From positions 1 to 64,000 of the forward strand of contig JADJFN010000037.1 of the NCBI GenBank assembly GCA_016708565.1: a stretch of 64,000 nucleotides of DNA. Reading direction: 5' to 3'. This stretch comes from Myxococcales bacterium (GTDB lineage: Bacteria; Myxococcota_A; Polyangia; Haliangiales; Haliangiaceae). The translations under genes were made by a program, and so were the position numbers. Positions 38,413 through 48,224 of the stretch are shown piece by piece; within the stretch, counting starts at the first letter, position 1, and every line of letters begins with the position of its first letter. Below the pieces are notes generated by a model that saw nothing but the letters and a program-made list of their open reading frames with translations, did no database searches and was not told the origin of the DNA.

Positions 38413-39121
38413 GCGTCGCCAGGTCGGCGGTGGCGGCCTTGGCCATCAGGCGTCCGCGCGCGCCGATCGACGCGGCGTAAGCCAGCGTGCGGCGGAGGTG
38501 GCGCCTCACCGCGGCCTGGTCGCCGCGGTTGTGCGCCACCCAGGCGAGCTGGTAGTGCGCGAAGCCCCGGACCTCGAGCCCGGCCGAGGCGTGCGTGGCC
38601 GCCGCGGTGAACGCGCCGGTCGCGGCGTCGAGCTCCCCCGCGGCGAACGCCCGCTCGCCGATCCGGAGCTCCGCGTCGGCGGCCAGCGGGCAGCCTGGGC
38701 ACGCGGCGATCAGCGCCGCCGCGTCGTCGGCGGCGGCGGCCGCGTCGCCGAGCCAGGCGTGGGCGCTCATGCGGAGCTGCAGCGCCCGCGCTCGCCGATG
38801 CGGCGGCGCGCTCGGCGGGGGCAGCTCCACCGCGGTGGCCGCGCGCCACGCCTCGGCGGCCCGCCGCCGCGCGGTCGCGGCGGCGACAGGATCCCGCGCC
38901 TGGTCCGCCACGGCCGCGGCGAGCCCCTGGTCGCGGCCCACGATCATCCACCGCTCGGCCTCCTCGACGCGATCGCGCGGCGGCCGCCCCGGCGCGACCG
39001 CCGGCAGCGTCACGATCGTGATCAGCGACGCGTCGGGGCGCTTGAGGGCAGCCGGCTGGGCGACGGCGCCACCGCTCTCGATCGCGACGAACCCCAGGAC
39101 GACCGCGACGGCGGGGCGCAT
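38390..39121 (-). CDS. Secreted TPR-like hypothetical protein
   Basis: Signal peptide MRPAVAVVLGFVAIESGGAVAQP; Ala-rich helices. Confidence 0.45.
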   Translation of the reverse strand: MRPAVAVVLGFVAIESGGAVAQPAALKRPDASLITIVTLPAVAPGRPPRDRVEEAERWMIVGRDQGLAAAVADQARDPVAAATARRRAAEAWRAATAVELPPPSAPPHRRARALQLRMSAHAWLGDAAAAADDAAALIAACPGCPLAADAELRIGERAFAAGELDAATGAFTAAATHASAGLEVRGFAHYQLAWVAHNRGDQAAVRRHLRRTLAYAASIGARGRLMAKAATADLATLTASPSP

Positions 39122-39167
39122 GGCGATTCGACACCGCCGAGGGCCCGCGGTTTCACGTCGTGCGCGC

Positions 39168-39626
39168 TCACGCGGCGCGGGCGGCGCGCAGGTGCGCCAC
39201 CAGGTTGTCGAGCGTCTTGGCGGTGCCGACGTCGACGCCGTGCTGCAGGAACTGGGCGAGGTGCTCGGCCGACGCGCAGCGGATCGTGACCCGCATGTGG
39301 GTCGCGCCGTCGCGTGCGGTGAGGCTGACGGTGCCGGCGGCGCCGAGCGCGTCGAACTCGAGCCGCGCCGGCCGCTCGATGACGCGGTAGGTACCGGCGA
39401 ACGGCGGGCTGTGGGCCTGGTTGACGAACTCGAACGCGCCGCCCGGGCGCAGGTCGACGCGGCACGACGCGAGCGGCGTGCCGGTCGGATCCCACCAGCG
39501 CGTCAGGTGGGCGGGCTGGGTCCAGGCGTCGAAGACGTCCTCGGGCGGCGCCACGAACGTGCGCTCGAAGGTGATCGTGAACGTCTGGTGGTCGATCGTG
39601 GTGCCGGTCGCGGCGGGCGGGATCAT
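39168..39626 (-). CDS. SRPBCC / AHSA1 (activator of Hsp90 ATPase homolog) domain protein
   Basis: Start MIPPAATGTTIDHQTF; APPEDVFDAWTQPAHLTRWW motif. 4-nt overlap with the upstream ArsR gene. Confidence 0.7.
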   Translation of the reverse strand: MIPPAATGTTIDHQTFTITFERTFVAPPEDVFDAWTQPAHLTRWWDPTGTPLASCRVDLRPGGAFEFVNQAHSPPFAGTYRVIERPARLEFDALGAAGTVSLTARDGATHMRVTIRCASAEHLAQFLQHGVDVGTAKTLDNLVAHLRAARAA

Positions 39627-39979
39627 GGGCGCTCCTTCTTGGTCGTGCGCTTGGTCATCGTGGCGAGGTGGCCCTCGAGATTGTCGAAGCGGCGCTCCCA
39701 CTGCTCGCGGAACGGCCGCAGCCAGGCGTCGATGTCCTGGAGCGAGCCGCCGACGACGAGCTCGCGGGGGCGGCGCTGCGCGTCCTTGCCCTGCCGGATC
39801 AGGCCGGCCTCCTCGAGGATGCGCAGGTGCTTGGAGATCGTGGGCTGGCGCAGCCCGAACGGCTGGCCCAGCTCGGTGACGGTCGCCGGGCCGCTGGCGA
39901 GCCGCGCGAGGATGGCGCGCCGCGTGGGATCGGCCAGCGCCGCGAACGTCCGGTCGAGGGTGGCTGCTTGCATCGCCAA
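39623..39979 (-). CDS. ArsR/SmtB family transcriptional regulator
   Basis: FAALADPTRRAILARL...TVTELGQPFGLRQPTISKHLRILEEAGLI (wHTH). Confidence 0.85.
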   Translation of the reverse strand: MAMQAATLDRTFAALADPTRRAILARLASGPATVTELGQPFGLRQPTISKHLRILEEAGLIRQGKDAQRRPRELVVGGSLQDIDAWLRPFREQWERRFDNLEGHLATMTKRTTKKERP

Positions 39980-40036
39980 AATGTAATATAGCCGATGGGC
40001 TATATTGTCAAGCGCCGATCGCCGCGCGGCTGCGCG

Positions 40037-40384
40037 TCACGGGCTGGTCGGCGGCGCGATCGGGCGCGCCACGCCGGGCGTCTCCTCGAACGTGCCGTGC
40101 CACATCAGCAGCGGCGTCCAGCCACCAGCGAGCGCCGCCAGCGCCACCGCGACGGTCCGCGCGGCCGGCGTCGCGGTCCAGTCGTCGGCCGCGGGAGCGG
40201 CGCCGTGCTCGCCGTGCTCGTCGTGCTCGGCCCACGGGTTGCCGGTGGGCTCGCGGTTCGGATCGGCCACCGGATCGGCGTCGACGCGCCGCCGCCGCCA
40301 GTCGTCCCGGGCGACGCCGGCGCCGAAGTGGTGCGTGACGCACGCGGCGACGGTCACCGCCAGACACAACCCGAGGACGCGCAC
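40037..40384 (-). CDS. Candidate small His-rich secreted protein
   Basis: GTG start VRVLGLCLAVTVAACVTHHFG; EHDEHGEHG stretch; no clear RBS. Confidence 0.2.
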   Translation of the reverse strand: MRVLGLCLAVTVAACVTHHFGAGVARDDWRRRRVDADPVADPNREPTGNPWAEHDEHGEHGAAPAADDWTATPAARTVAVALAALAGGWTPLLMWHGTFEETPGVARPIAPPTSP

Positions 40385-40547
40385 CGATGGTCCGACTCGG
40401 CGCGCGCGCGATGGGTTGCCGGCGGCGCCGGCCGCGCGATCTCCCACGTGGGAATGCCGCCCGCGCGATCGCGCGCCTTCGCCGCGCGTCGATCCGCCGC
40501 GCGGAATGGGGCTTGCGGCGCCCTCGCATCGGCGCAAGCTCCGGGGC

Positions 40548-41102
40548 ATGGACGCGGCGCATCGGTTCCTGTTCGTCCTCGGCAGCACCCGGGTCGGCGG
40601 CAACAGCGAGCGGCTCGCGAGGGCCGCCGCCACGCACCTGCCGCCCGGCGCGACCGCGCGGTGGGAGCGGCTCATCGACGATCCGCTGCCGCCGTTCTTC
40701 GACACCCGACACACGACTGGCTACGCAGCGCCCGGCGGCGCGGGGCTGCGCTGGGTCGAGGCGACCCTGGCGGCGACCGACCTGGTCATCGTGACGCCGG
40801 TCAACTGGTACAGCGTGGCCTGGCCAGTGAAGCTGTACCTCGATCACATGAGCGGGTGGATGCGGGTGCCGGAGCTGGCGTTCGCCAAGACGATGGCCGG
40901 CCGCTCGCTGTGGGCGGTGGTGGTGGACTCCGACGACGAGGCCGCGGGCACCGCGGCGCCGGTGGTCGACGCGCTGCGCCGGACCGCGGACTACCTCGAC
41001 ATGCGCTGGCGCGGCGCGCTGCTGGGCCACGCGAACCGCCCCGGCGAGATCGCCGCCGACCAGGCCGCGTTGGCCGCGGCCACGACGTTCTTCGCGGCGT
41101 GA
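40548..41102 (+). CDS. NAD(P)H-dependent FMN reductase-like flavodoxin-fold protein
   Basis: MDAAHRFLFVLGSTRVGGNSERLA...LVIVTPVNWYSVAWPVKLYLDH. Confidence 0.6.
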   Translation: MDAAHRFLFVLGSTRVGGNSERLARAAATHLPPGATARWERLIDDPLPPFFDTRHTTGYAAPGGAGLRWVEATLAATDLVIVTPVNWYSVAWPVKLYLDHMSGWMRVPELAFAKTMAGRSLWAVVVDSDDEAAGTAAPVVDALRRTADYLDMRWRGALLGHANRPGEIAADQAALAAATTFFAA

Positions 41103-41106
41103 ACGA

Positions 41107-41613
41107 TCAGCGCCGGACCCGCACCTGCGGCAGGTGATCGCCGCGGCGCGCCGCCCGCGCTGCCCGCCACCGGCCCGCCAACACCAACAGGCACACGGCG
41201 GCGCCGACCAGCTCGAGCGTCAGTAGCGCGGCGTCGAACAGCATGTTGCCGTCGCTGACGTACACCGAGTCGGGCAGGTAGCACTCGTCGCCGTCGCAGC
41301 GCACGACGAGCACGTCATCGACGCGGTGGCGCGCGGCCTGCTCGGTGGACAGCTGGATGGTCCACGCGTCCTCGCGGCGCGCCGGATCGGTGAGCGCAAA
41401 CTCCTGCGTGTCGGCCGAGAGCCGCCGCACCGGGTAGGCGAGGCGCAGCGTCCGCGGCTCGATGCCTTCGAGATCGCCGCGCAGCTTCGCCATCACGAGC
41501 AGCTTGTGGCCGGTGAACGCGGCCAGCGCCAGCGCGGCCAGCGCGCCCACCGCGAACAGCCGGTAGCCGGGCCGCGGCGCAGCGGCGGTTGCGAGCGGCG
41601 GGGCGTCCGTCAT
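41107..41613 (-). CDS. Membrane hypothetical protein
   Basis: Two TM segments (LFAVGALAALALAAF; LELVGAAVCLLVLAG). Confidence 0.45.
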   Translation of the reverse strand: MTDAPPLATAAAPRPGYRLFAVGALAALALAAFTGHKLLVMAKLRGDLEGIEPRTLRLAYPVRRLSADTQEFALTDPARREDAWTIQLSTEQAARHRVDDVLVVRCDGDECYLPDSVYVSDGNMLFDAALLTLELVGAAVCLLVLAGRWRAARAARRGDHLPQVRVRR

Positions 41614-42152
41614 GCCCGGACGGTACCGCGCGGGAACAGCTCGTGCTGCCGCGACAGCGCGACGCCGCGCCGCGCGAGCGACTCGCGGATGACCGCGGCC
41701 ACCGTCCCCAGCGCGGTGTCGCCGGCCTCGAGCCGCGCGCCGTCGGAGAGCACGATCCGGACCGCGTGCTCGTCGCCCGAGCGCGGGCCGCCGTAGGTCG
41801 CGTACGCGACGTGGCGGACGACGTGGCCGACGGCGACGACGTCGTGGGGCCGGACCCGCAAGACCCGGGCGAACGGGGACTCGGCCGAGCGCGCAGCGAG
41901 CCGGCGGCCCAGCCAGCGGAACCCGACGACCGCCGCCGCCAGCGTCGCCGCGGCGACGACGAGTGGTATCGAGGTCAGGAACTCGCGGCGCAACAACGCC
42001 GCGGAGCCGAGCAGCGCGCCGGTCGCCGCGCCGCAGGTCGCCACCACGGCGGTGAGCTCGAACAGGAGGCGTAGGTCCTCGCGGTCGCGCGCGTGGCCCT
42101 GGTGGAGCGGGAACAAGGGCAGGTCGATCGGTTGCACGGCGCCACCGTGCAT
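41610..42152 (-). CDS. Membrane hypothetical protein
   Basis: Start MHGGAVQPIDLPLFPLHQG; TM hairpin; stop overlaps the next gene's start. Confidence 0.45.
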   Translation of the reverse strand: MHGGAVQPIDLPLFPLHQGHARDREDLRLLFELTAVVATCGAATGALLGSAALLRREFLTSIPLVVAAATLAAAVVGFRWLGRRLAARSAESPFARVLRVRPHDVVAVGHVVRHVAYATYGGPRSGDEHAVRIVLSDGARLEAGDTALGTVAAVIRESLARRGVALSRQHELFPRGTVRA

Positions 42153-42280
42153 CGCCACGCGCAGGGGCACTACTCGCCGCCGGCCTTCCGGAATCAGGCG
42201 CGATGTCGAATGGTTGCGTGCTGCAACGAGCGTGGGCTCGCCGACGCTCGCGGCCGCGGCGCGTGCCGGCCGCCGCCTGG

Positions 42281-43923
42281 TCACGTGCCGAGGATCGTCT
42301 TGAACTTGCAGACGGTCTTGCCGAACATCAACAGGTCGTTGTCGACCAGCTCATGGCGCTGCACGCGGCGCTCGTTCGCGAACGTGCCGTTGGTCGAGTT
42401 GTTGTCGACCAGCGTGAACCCGCTCGGCGACATCACGATCCGCGCGTGGTCGGTGCTCATGTAGCCGTCGCCGAGCACGATGTGCGCGTCGGAGGTGGTG
42501 CCGATGCGCGTCTCGCCGTACTGCAGCTTGAACGTCTGGAACGATCGATCGCCCTGGATCGGGACGATCCAGCCCACCACGGGCAGGCCGTCGCCGCCGG
42601 TGACGTTGACCATCATCGTGCGCACCGGGTTGGGCGGCGCCGCGGCGATCGACGCGATCGACCCGATCGACGCGGCGGGCGCGATCGCGGGGCGCGGCGG
42701 CGACGTCGGCGCCCGTCGGCGCGCCGCCGCGCCGAGGCCCAGCGCCACCAGCCCCGCCGGGATCGCCAGCCACAGCCACCACCGCCCGCCGGCGGGAGCG
42801 CCGCCCCACCGCGGCGCCATCAGCACCACCACCGGGCGCTCGCCGGCGGGCTCGACGTAGTTGACGATCGGTTCGTCGCCCAACAAGAGCTGCAACGGGT
42901 GCTCGCGCCCGTCCCACACGAAGCCGGCCTTGGTCCGCGTCCGCGGATCGATCGTCTGCCCGGGGAACTCCAACGTGTAGCGGCTGTTGAGCGCCAGCAC
43001 CGCCTCGGTGATCGCCGCGCGCAGCTCGTCCTGATCGTCGACCCGGGCGACCTTGCCGTCGGCCAGCTTGTCGAGCGCGGCGCGTGAGGTGCGGATCGTC
43101 GCGGGGTCGTCCGGGATGTAGTCGGTGACGTAGGTCGGATAGAAGACGAACACCTCGACGCCGGCGTCGTCGAGCTGGCGCTTGATCCCCGCGACCGCGC
43201 TGCCGCCGCTGGCGTCGAACCCGTCGGAGAACACCAGCAGCGCCTTGCGCCGCATGCCCATCCGCGTGAGCGTCTGCTGCGCGAGCCGCAGCCCGGCGAC
43301 CAGCTCGCGCGAGGTCTTGCCCTCCTGGACCTGCGGGTCGCCCAGCCGATCCGCGGAAAGATCGGTCAGCGGGCCCTCGAAGCGGGTCTCGGCGTCGGTG
43401 CTGTAGACGATCAGCGCGCCCTTGGAGCCGGGGGGGCCGGCGCTGGAGACCGTCGTCGGGATGGCGTCGTCGGTGTCGAGGGCGGCCAGCCCTCCGTAGA
43501 TCGCGCCGTAGACCCCAGGCGTGACCTTGGCGACCTTGCACGGCGGCGCGCCCGCGGGCGGGCTGTCCGTGCAGCTCTGGGCCTGCTTGTAGGAGTCGTT
43601 GCCGAAGTAGTACTCGTGGCCCTCGACCAGCACGACCAGCCCGAGCGGCTCGGTCGACAGGTGGTACGGGATCGCGCGCGTCGGCTTGACCCCGCCGAGG
43701 CCCTTCACGTCGGACGGATCGTGGCGGAGCACGAACGCGCCCCAGGTCTCCCTGGCCGGCAGCGGCTCGCCGACCACCTTGACCCGGATCGACGGCGGCG
43801 GGTGACGCTGCTGCGCCGTCGGCTCGCCCGGCACCACCTCCGCGGTCCACGTCAGATCGGCGAGCGCCGGCGCGGCCCACAGCGCGAGCGCGACGACGGC
43901 GAACACGAAACGCGGCTGAGACA
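42281..43923 (-). CDS. Transmembrane signalling protein: periplasmic vWA-like domain + cytoplasmic FHA domain
   Basis: Signal peptide MSQPRFVFAVVALALWAAPALA. vWA-like core (LLVFSDGFDASGG ... VEVFVFYPTY). TM segment WWLWLAIPAGLVALGLGAAA. C-terminal FHA (RIGTTSDAHIVLGDGYMSTDHARIV...NNSTNGTFANERRV). Confidence 0.75.
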
Positions 43924-44190
43924 TGCAGGGCCTCCGGAGCGGTAGTCCCTCCGTGACAGCGGTGGTGACGTGCAAGGTGCGGCAGAGGTCTGCAAGCGAC
44001 GTTCCGATCGTGCCCGGCCGCCGAGCGCGGGCCGCCGCGGACGTTGTCGACGGCGGTGGACGGCCACGCCGGCTGCGTCCGTCGGAGTGGACGGCGGCGT
44101 CGCCCAGCCCCGGAGCGGCGGGTGTTATCGTCGCGGCGCTGGGTAGGGGCAGGGCAACGACCGAGCGCGACGACGTCGCGGGGGACACGA

Positions 44191-46143
44191 ATGCAACGAG
44201 GCATGCTGGTTCGAGGGATCGTCGTGGCGGGCGCCGGGGTGCTCGCCGTCGGTGTCGGGTGCGGGCCGCGCGTTACCACCGGCGCTGGCGGTGGGCCATC
44301 GATCGGCGGCGGGCCCGCCGACGGCGACGGCGGCGTAGTCGCGGCGCCAGCGCTGCCGGATGGCGACTACGCGTGCGCGCTGACCAGCCACGGCACGACC
44401 TTCCCTTCCTACCTGTGCCGGGTCGCGACCGTGGCCGGCGTGACCCGGCTGGTCAAGCTGGAGGGCTCGCACCGAGTGCGCGGCACGATCAGCGTCGACG
44501 CCGTCGATCGCGTGGGCTTCCGCGGCGAGTTCTACTGCGCGGGCGGCGGGTGTCAGCGGCCGCTCGACACCACGTTCGCGCGCGCCGGCGACGGCACGTG
44601 GACCGGCGACATCGGCGACGGCGACCTGCTGCGCCTGGAGCCGCGCCCGGACGGGATGTACGCGGGCGCGGGCTACGGCGCCGACGCGTGGGCCGACGAC
44701 GGGTACGGCGGGGCGGGGTACGGCGGGGCGGGGTACGGCGGGGCGCTGACCGCCTGGGTCGCGGCGCCGATCGATCGCGCGGTGCCCGCCGGCGAGACGC
44801 CGCCTGATCCCGTGACGGCGCCGCTGCCGGTCGCGCCGCGCGCGGGCGATGTCCACACGGGGCGGGCGCTCGAGGTGATCGTCCGCGACGTCGCGGAGCG
44901 CGAGGCGCGGCTGCAGAGCACATTCAGCCGCGCCCCCGATCGACCGGCGCAGATCCTGGGCGTCGCCGCGGCGTACCGCGAGCTGCGGTCGGCCGCCGTC
45001 GCCGGTCTCGAGGCCGCCACCGATGCCGGCGAGCGCACCGCGCTCGAGCAGACGGTCGCGGCCGCGGCCAGCGCCGAGGCGCGCCACCTCGCCTCGCGCC
45101 TCCAGCTGTACCCCAAGTGGTGCGCCGCGGCCGTCGCGTCCGACCCATCCCGATCGACCGGGTGCGCCGACGAGGCGCTGTGGCTGCTGGGGCGCGCGTA
45201 CGAGGCCCAGGGCCAGCTGGCCAGCGCGCGCAAGACCTACCTGCAGCTGATCCAGGACTGGCCGCAGTCGGCGTTCGTCCCCGAGGCGTACTTCGCCTTC
45301 GGCGAGCTGTTCCTCGCCGAGGGCAGCGCCGATCCGTCCAAGCTCGCGCTCGCGCAGCAGTCGTTCGCGCAGGTGACCGGGAGCGCGGCGCACGCGAGCC
45401 CGCTGTGGGGGTACGCGCAGCAGCGCCTGGGCCGGATCGCGTGGCGCGGTGGTGACGACGCGCGCGCGCTGGCCGCGCTGAAGAACGCGATCGAGTACGG
45501 CCAGCAGTACGCGTCGACGCCGGGCGCCGCGGCGGTCGCGGCCGCGGCCCGCGTCGAGCTGGTGGCGGTCTACGCGCGCGCGTATCCACCGATGCAGGCG
45601 CGCGCGTTCATGACGTCGCTCGCCGGCGACCGCGCGGACGTCGCGCCGATGCTCCTGCGCCTGCGGCGGTACTACCTCGCCGCGCGGGCGTACGCGCAGC
45701 TGACCGACCTGGACCACGATCTGATCACGCGCGGCGTGCCGGGCGCGTGCGAGCGCGCCGTCGAGCGCGTCACCCTCGCCGGGTTTGGCGGTGGCATCGC
45801 CCGGGCGATCGCCCACGGCGAGGCCACGCGGCTGCTCGACCTGGCGAGCGAGCTGGCGCGACGCGGCGATCCCACCGAACCGAGCTGCCTCGCCGAGGCG
45901 GTCTCGGTGGTGGGTGCGCTGGCGATGGCGTGGGACGCTGACGCGGTGGGCGTGGTCGGCGGCCCTGCGGGCGATGGCGATCGCTCGACGCGGGCGCTGG
46001 CCGCCGCGCTGTACGCCGCGCTGGGCAGCTTCACCGACGCGCAGATCGCGGCGGCGCCGTTCGCGCGGGTGGGTGGCGCGACGCGGCCGACCCGCGCGCA
46101 GCTCGCCGCCCGGGGTGCGCAGCTCGCGGGTGCGGGCGACTGA
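44191..46143 (+). CDS. TPR-repeat lipoprotein with Gly-Tyr repeat
   Basis: MQRGMLVRGIVVAGAGVLAVGVGCG lipobox. GYGGAGYGGAGYGGA encoded by a 15-bp tandem repeat at about 44698-44745. TPR helices. Confidence 0.6.
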   Translation: MQRGMLVRGIVVAGAGVLAVGVGCGPRVTTGAGGGPSIGGGPADGDGGVVAAPALPDGDYACALTSHGTTFPSYLCRVATVAGVTRLVKLEGSHRVRGTISVDAVDRVGFRGEFYCAGGGCQRPLDTTFARAGDGTWTGDIGDGDLLRLEPRPDGMYAGAGYGADAWADDGYGGAGYGGAGYGGALTAWVAAPIDRAVPAGETPPDPVTAPLPVAPRAGDVHTGRALEVIVRDVAEREARLQSTFSRAPDRPAQILGVAAAYRELRSAAVAGLEAATDAGERTALEQTVAAAASAEARHLASRLQLYPKWCAAAVASDPSRSTGCADEALWLLGRAYEAQGQLASARKTYLQLIQDWPQSAFVPEAYFAFGELFLAEGSADPSKLALAQQSFAQVTGSAAHASPLWGYAQQRLGRIAWRGGDDARALAALKNAIEYGQQYASTPGAAAVAAAARVELVAVYARAYPPMQARAFMTSLAGDRADVAPMLLRLRRYYLAARAYAQLTDLDHDLITRGVPGACERAVERVTLAGFGGGIARAIAHGEATRLLDLASELARRGDPTEPSCLAEAVSVVGALAMAWDADAVGVVGGPAGDGDRSTRALAAALYAALGSFTDAQIAAAPFARVGGATRPTRAQLAARGAQLAGAGD

Positions 46144-46155
46144 CCTGCGTCGAGC

Positions 46156-46875
46156 TCAGCGCGTCACGCCGATCATCAGCGTCGAGGTGCGCTTCGTGAA
46201 CCGCGGGACCCGCGCGCTGGCGAGCGCGCGCTCGACGCAGCGCGCGTCGGCCCGGCTGGCGCCGCCGACGCGGACCCGGCGGACCGCGCCGGCGCTGCTG
46301 AACGTGATCGCGGCCGTCACCCGGCCGCCGCCGGTGACGCACGCCTGCGCGGCGGGCAACAGCGGCGCGAGCGCCGCGTGGATGGCCGCGGTGCTCGGCT
46401 GGTCGGGCGGCGGCGGCGCGGCGTTCGCGTGCGCGGTGAGCCAGGCGGCCCAGCGGTCGCGGGCGGCCCGTCGCGCGGCGGGCGGCCCGTCCCACGCGTA
46501 CGGTCCGTTGGCCATCCACGCGGCCTCGAAGCGGCGGGTCGCGCCCGAGCGCGGATCCTCGGTCTGGCCGCGCCGCACGCCGAACCACGCCGCGACCGCG
46601 CACTCGAGCGCGCGGCTGGCGTGCATGCGCGTCATCGGGTCGGCCGCGTCGAGCAGCGACAGCACCGCCCGCGCGCCGTCGAGGCCATGGCCGCACAGCG
46701 CCCACACCGCCGGCGTGTAGTCGGCGTGGAGCGGATCGGGATCGGCGTCGATCGACGCCACCAGGCTGGCGATCGTCGGGACCGGCGGGATGGCTCGCGG
46801 CGTGGGCTGGGCGTGCGCGACGGCGGCGACCGCGGCCAGCAGCGCGGACGAGACGAGCAGGCAGCGCGGGGGCAC
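46156..46875 (-). CDS. Secreted protein with TonB-C/AgmX-like C-terminal domain
   Basis: GTG start, signal peptide VPPRCLLVSSALLAAVAAVAHA; C-terminus GRVTAAITFSSAGAVRRVRVGG...ALASARVPRF. Confidence 0.5.
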   Translation of the reverse strand: MPPRCLLVSSALLAAVAAVAHAQPTPRAIPPVPTIASLVASIDADPDPLHADYTPAVWALCGHGLDGARAVLSLLDAADPMTRMHASRALECAVAAWFGVRRGQTEDPRSGATRRFEAAWMANGPYAWDGPPAARRAARDRWAAWLTAHANAAPPPPDQPSTAAIHAALAPLLPAAQACVTGGGRVTAAITFSSAGAVRRVRVGGASRADARCVERALASARVPRFTKRTSTLMIGVTR

Positions 46876-46986
46876 GGGCGCTTGGACCGCCCGCGGGGCC
46901 GAAGCCTTGGGTCTCTGGATGTGCCGTGGCGCACGGGGACGCGCGACGCGCGGCGCACGACCGCGGCCCCGGTGCAGAATCGAGCC

Positions 46987-47469
46987 ATGGGCAGGTTCGT
47001 GCTTGCGGTGATGATCGTGGCGGCGTGCGACCACGGCGGCGGCCCCGCCATCGACGCCGCGACCGACGGCACCTTCGACGGGACGGGGGGCGGGCCCGAC
47101 GCGGGGCTGGGCTCGCTCACGTGCGACGAGCTGGCCGCGCAGCTGCGCGCCCGCGCGGCCGCGACGTCGCGGCAGTGTTCGGCGCCGAGCGATTGCGAGC
47201 TCGACGGCTACCCGGTCGACTTCAGCGGCACGCCGACCTGCAACTGCGGGGCGACGTGGTCGTCGAGCTGCGGTGGCGCCGCGGTGAACGCGGCGGCGTG
47301 GGCCGCCGACGCGACCGCCGGGGCGCTCAGCGCCGAGTGGATCGCCCGCTGCATCGGCGGCACCAACGGCGTGTGCGATTGCACCCGCGGCACGGTGTCG
47401 TGCGTCGACGGGACCTGCCGGGGCACGACCTACGACTGCTTCCACCCGTTCGACGCCGGCGTGCGGTGA
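46987..47469 (+). CDS. Cysteine-rich lipoprotein
   Basis: MGRFVLAVMIVAACDHGG lipobox; 14 Cys. Confidence 0.5.
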   Translation: MGRFVLAVMIVAACDHGGGPAIDAATDGTFDGTGGGPDAGLGSLTCDELAAQLRARAAATSRQCSAPSDCELDGYPVDFSGTPTCNCGATWSSSCGGAAVNAAAWAADATAGALSAEWIARCIGGTNGVCDCTRGTVSCVDGTCRGTTYDCFHPFDAGVR

Positions 47470-47481
47470 CGGCGCGCGCGG

Positions 47482-48093
47482 TCAGTCGTCGGCAGCGGCG
47501 GCGTCGGCGTCCGCGACCAGCGCGACGATGATCGCGTCGCCCGAGTCGGGGTACGCGTAGCCGAGGTGCAGCGCCGGCGCGCGGTTGATCCGGGCCAGGC
47601 CGTCCTCGGCGACCAGCCGCGTCAGCGCCCGGGCGATCACGAACCGGACGTGGCCCTCGAGCCAGCCGTCCTCGCCGCCGACGTTGAGCGCGGCGTACGC
47701 CGGCGAGAGCACGAACGGCGTGACGCTGATCGTGAACTCGTGCAGCTCGCCTTCGCCGAGCGCGTAGTCGCCGTAGCGCGGATCGAACGTGCTGGCCTGG
47801 GTGCGCAGCGCGGTCGTCCGCGCGGTCTGCCAGTGGTCGGGGGCCCCGGTCAACCGGGGCAGCAGCGCGCGCAGCTCGGCGTTGCGGGCCCGCGCGCCGG
47901 CGGCGTTGCGCGCGGCGGTGTCGGCGACGACCTCGTACCAGCCCTTGTACGGGTCGGCCCACAGCACGATCGCCGCGATCGGCTCGTCGGCGTGATCGTC
48001 GGCGAGCCGGGCGATCGCGGTGCGCAGCTCGCCCAGCAGCTGGTCCTCGAGCGCGCGCCAGTCGGGCGGGGCCTGATCGTCGGTGGTCATCAC
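47482..48093 (-). CDS. Hypothetical protein
   Basis: Complete ORF with coding-like composition; no motif recognised. Confidence 0.5.
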   Translation of the reverse strand: MMTTDDQAPPDWRALEDQLLGELRTAIARLADDHADEPIAAIVLWADPYKGWYEVVADTAARNAAGARARNAELRALLPRLTGAPDHWQTARTTALRTQASTFDPRYGDYALGEGELHEFTISVTPFVLSPAYAALNVGGEDGWLEGHVRFVIARALTRLVAEDGLARINRAPALHLGYAYPDSGDAIIVALVADADAAAADD

Positions 48094-48224
48094 GCCGAGC
48101 GTACCCGACCGCCGGCGACCGCCGCGACGCGCTACCGATCCTTGCCGCGCGCCTGCAGTCGTCCGACCAGCTACCCGGTCGCTGCCGGGCGGGGTGATGG
48201 ACGGCGTGCTACCTATGACGGCTC

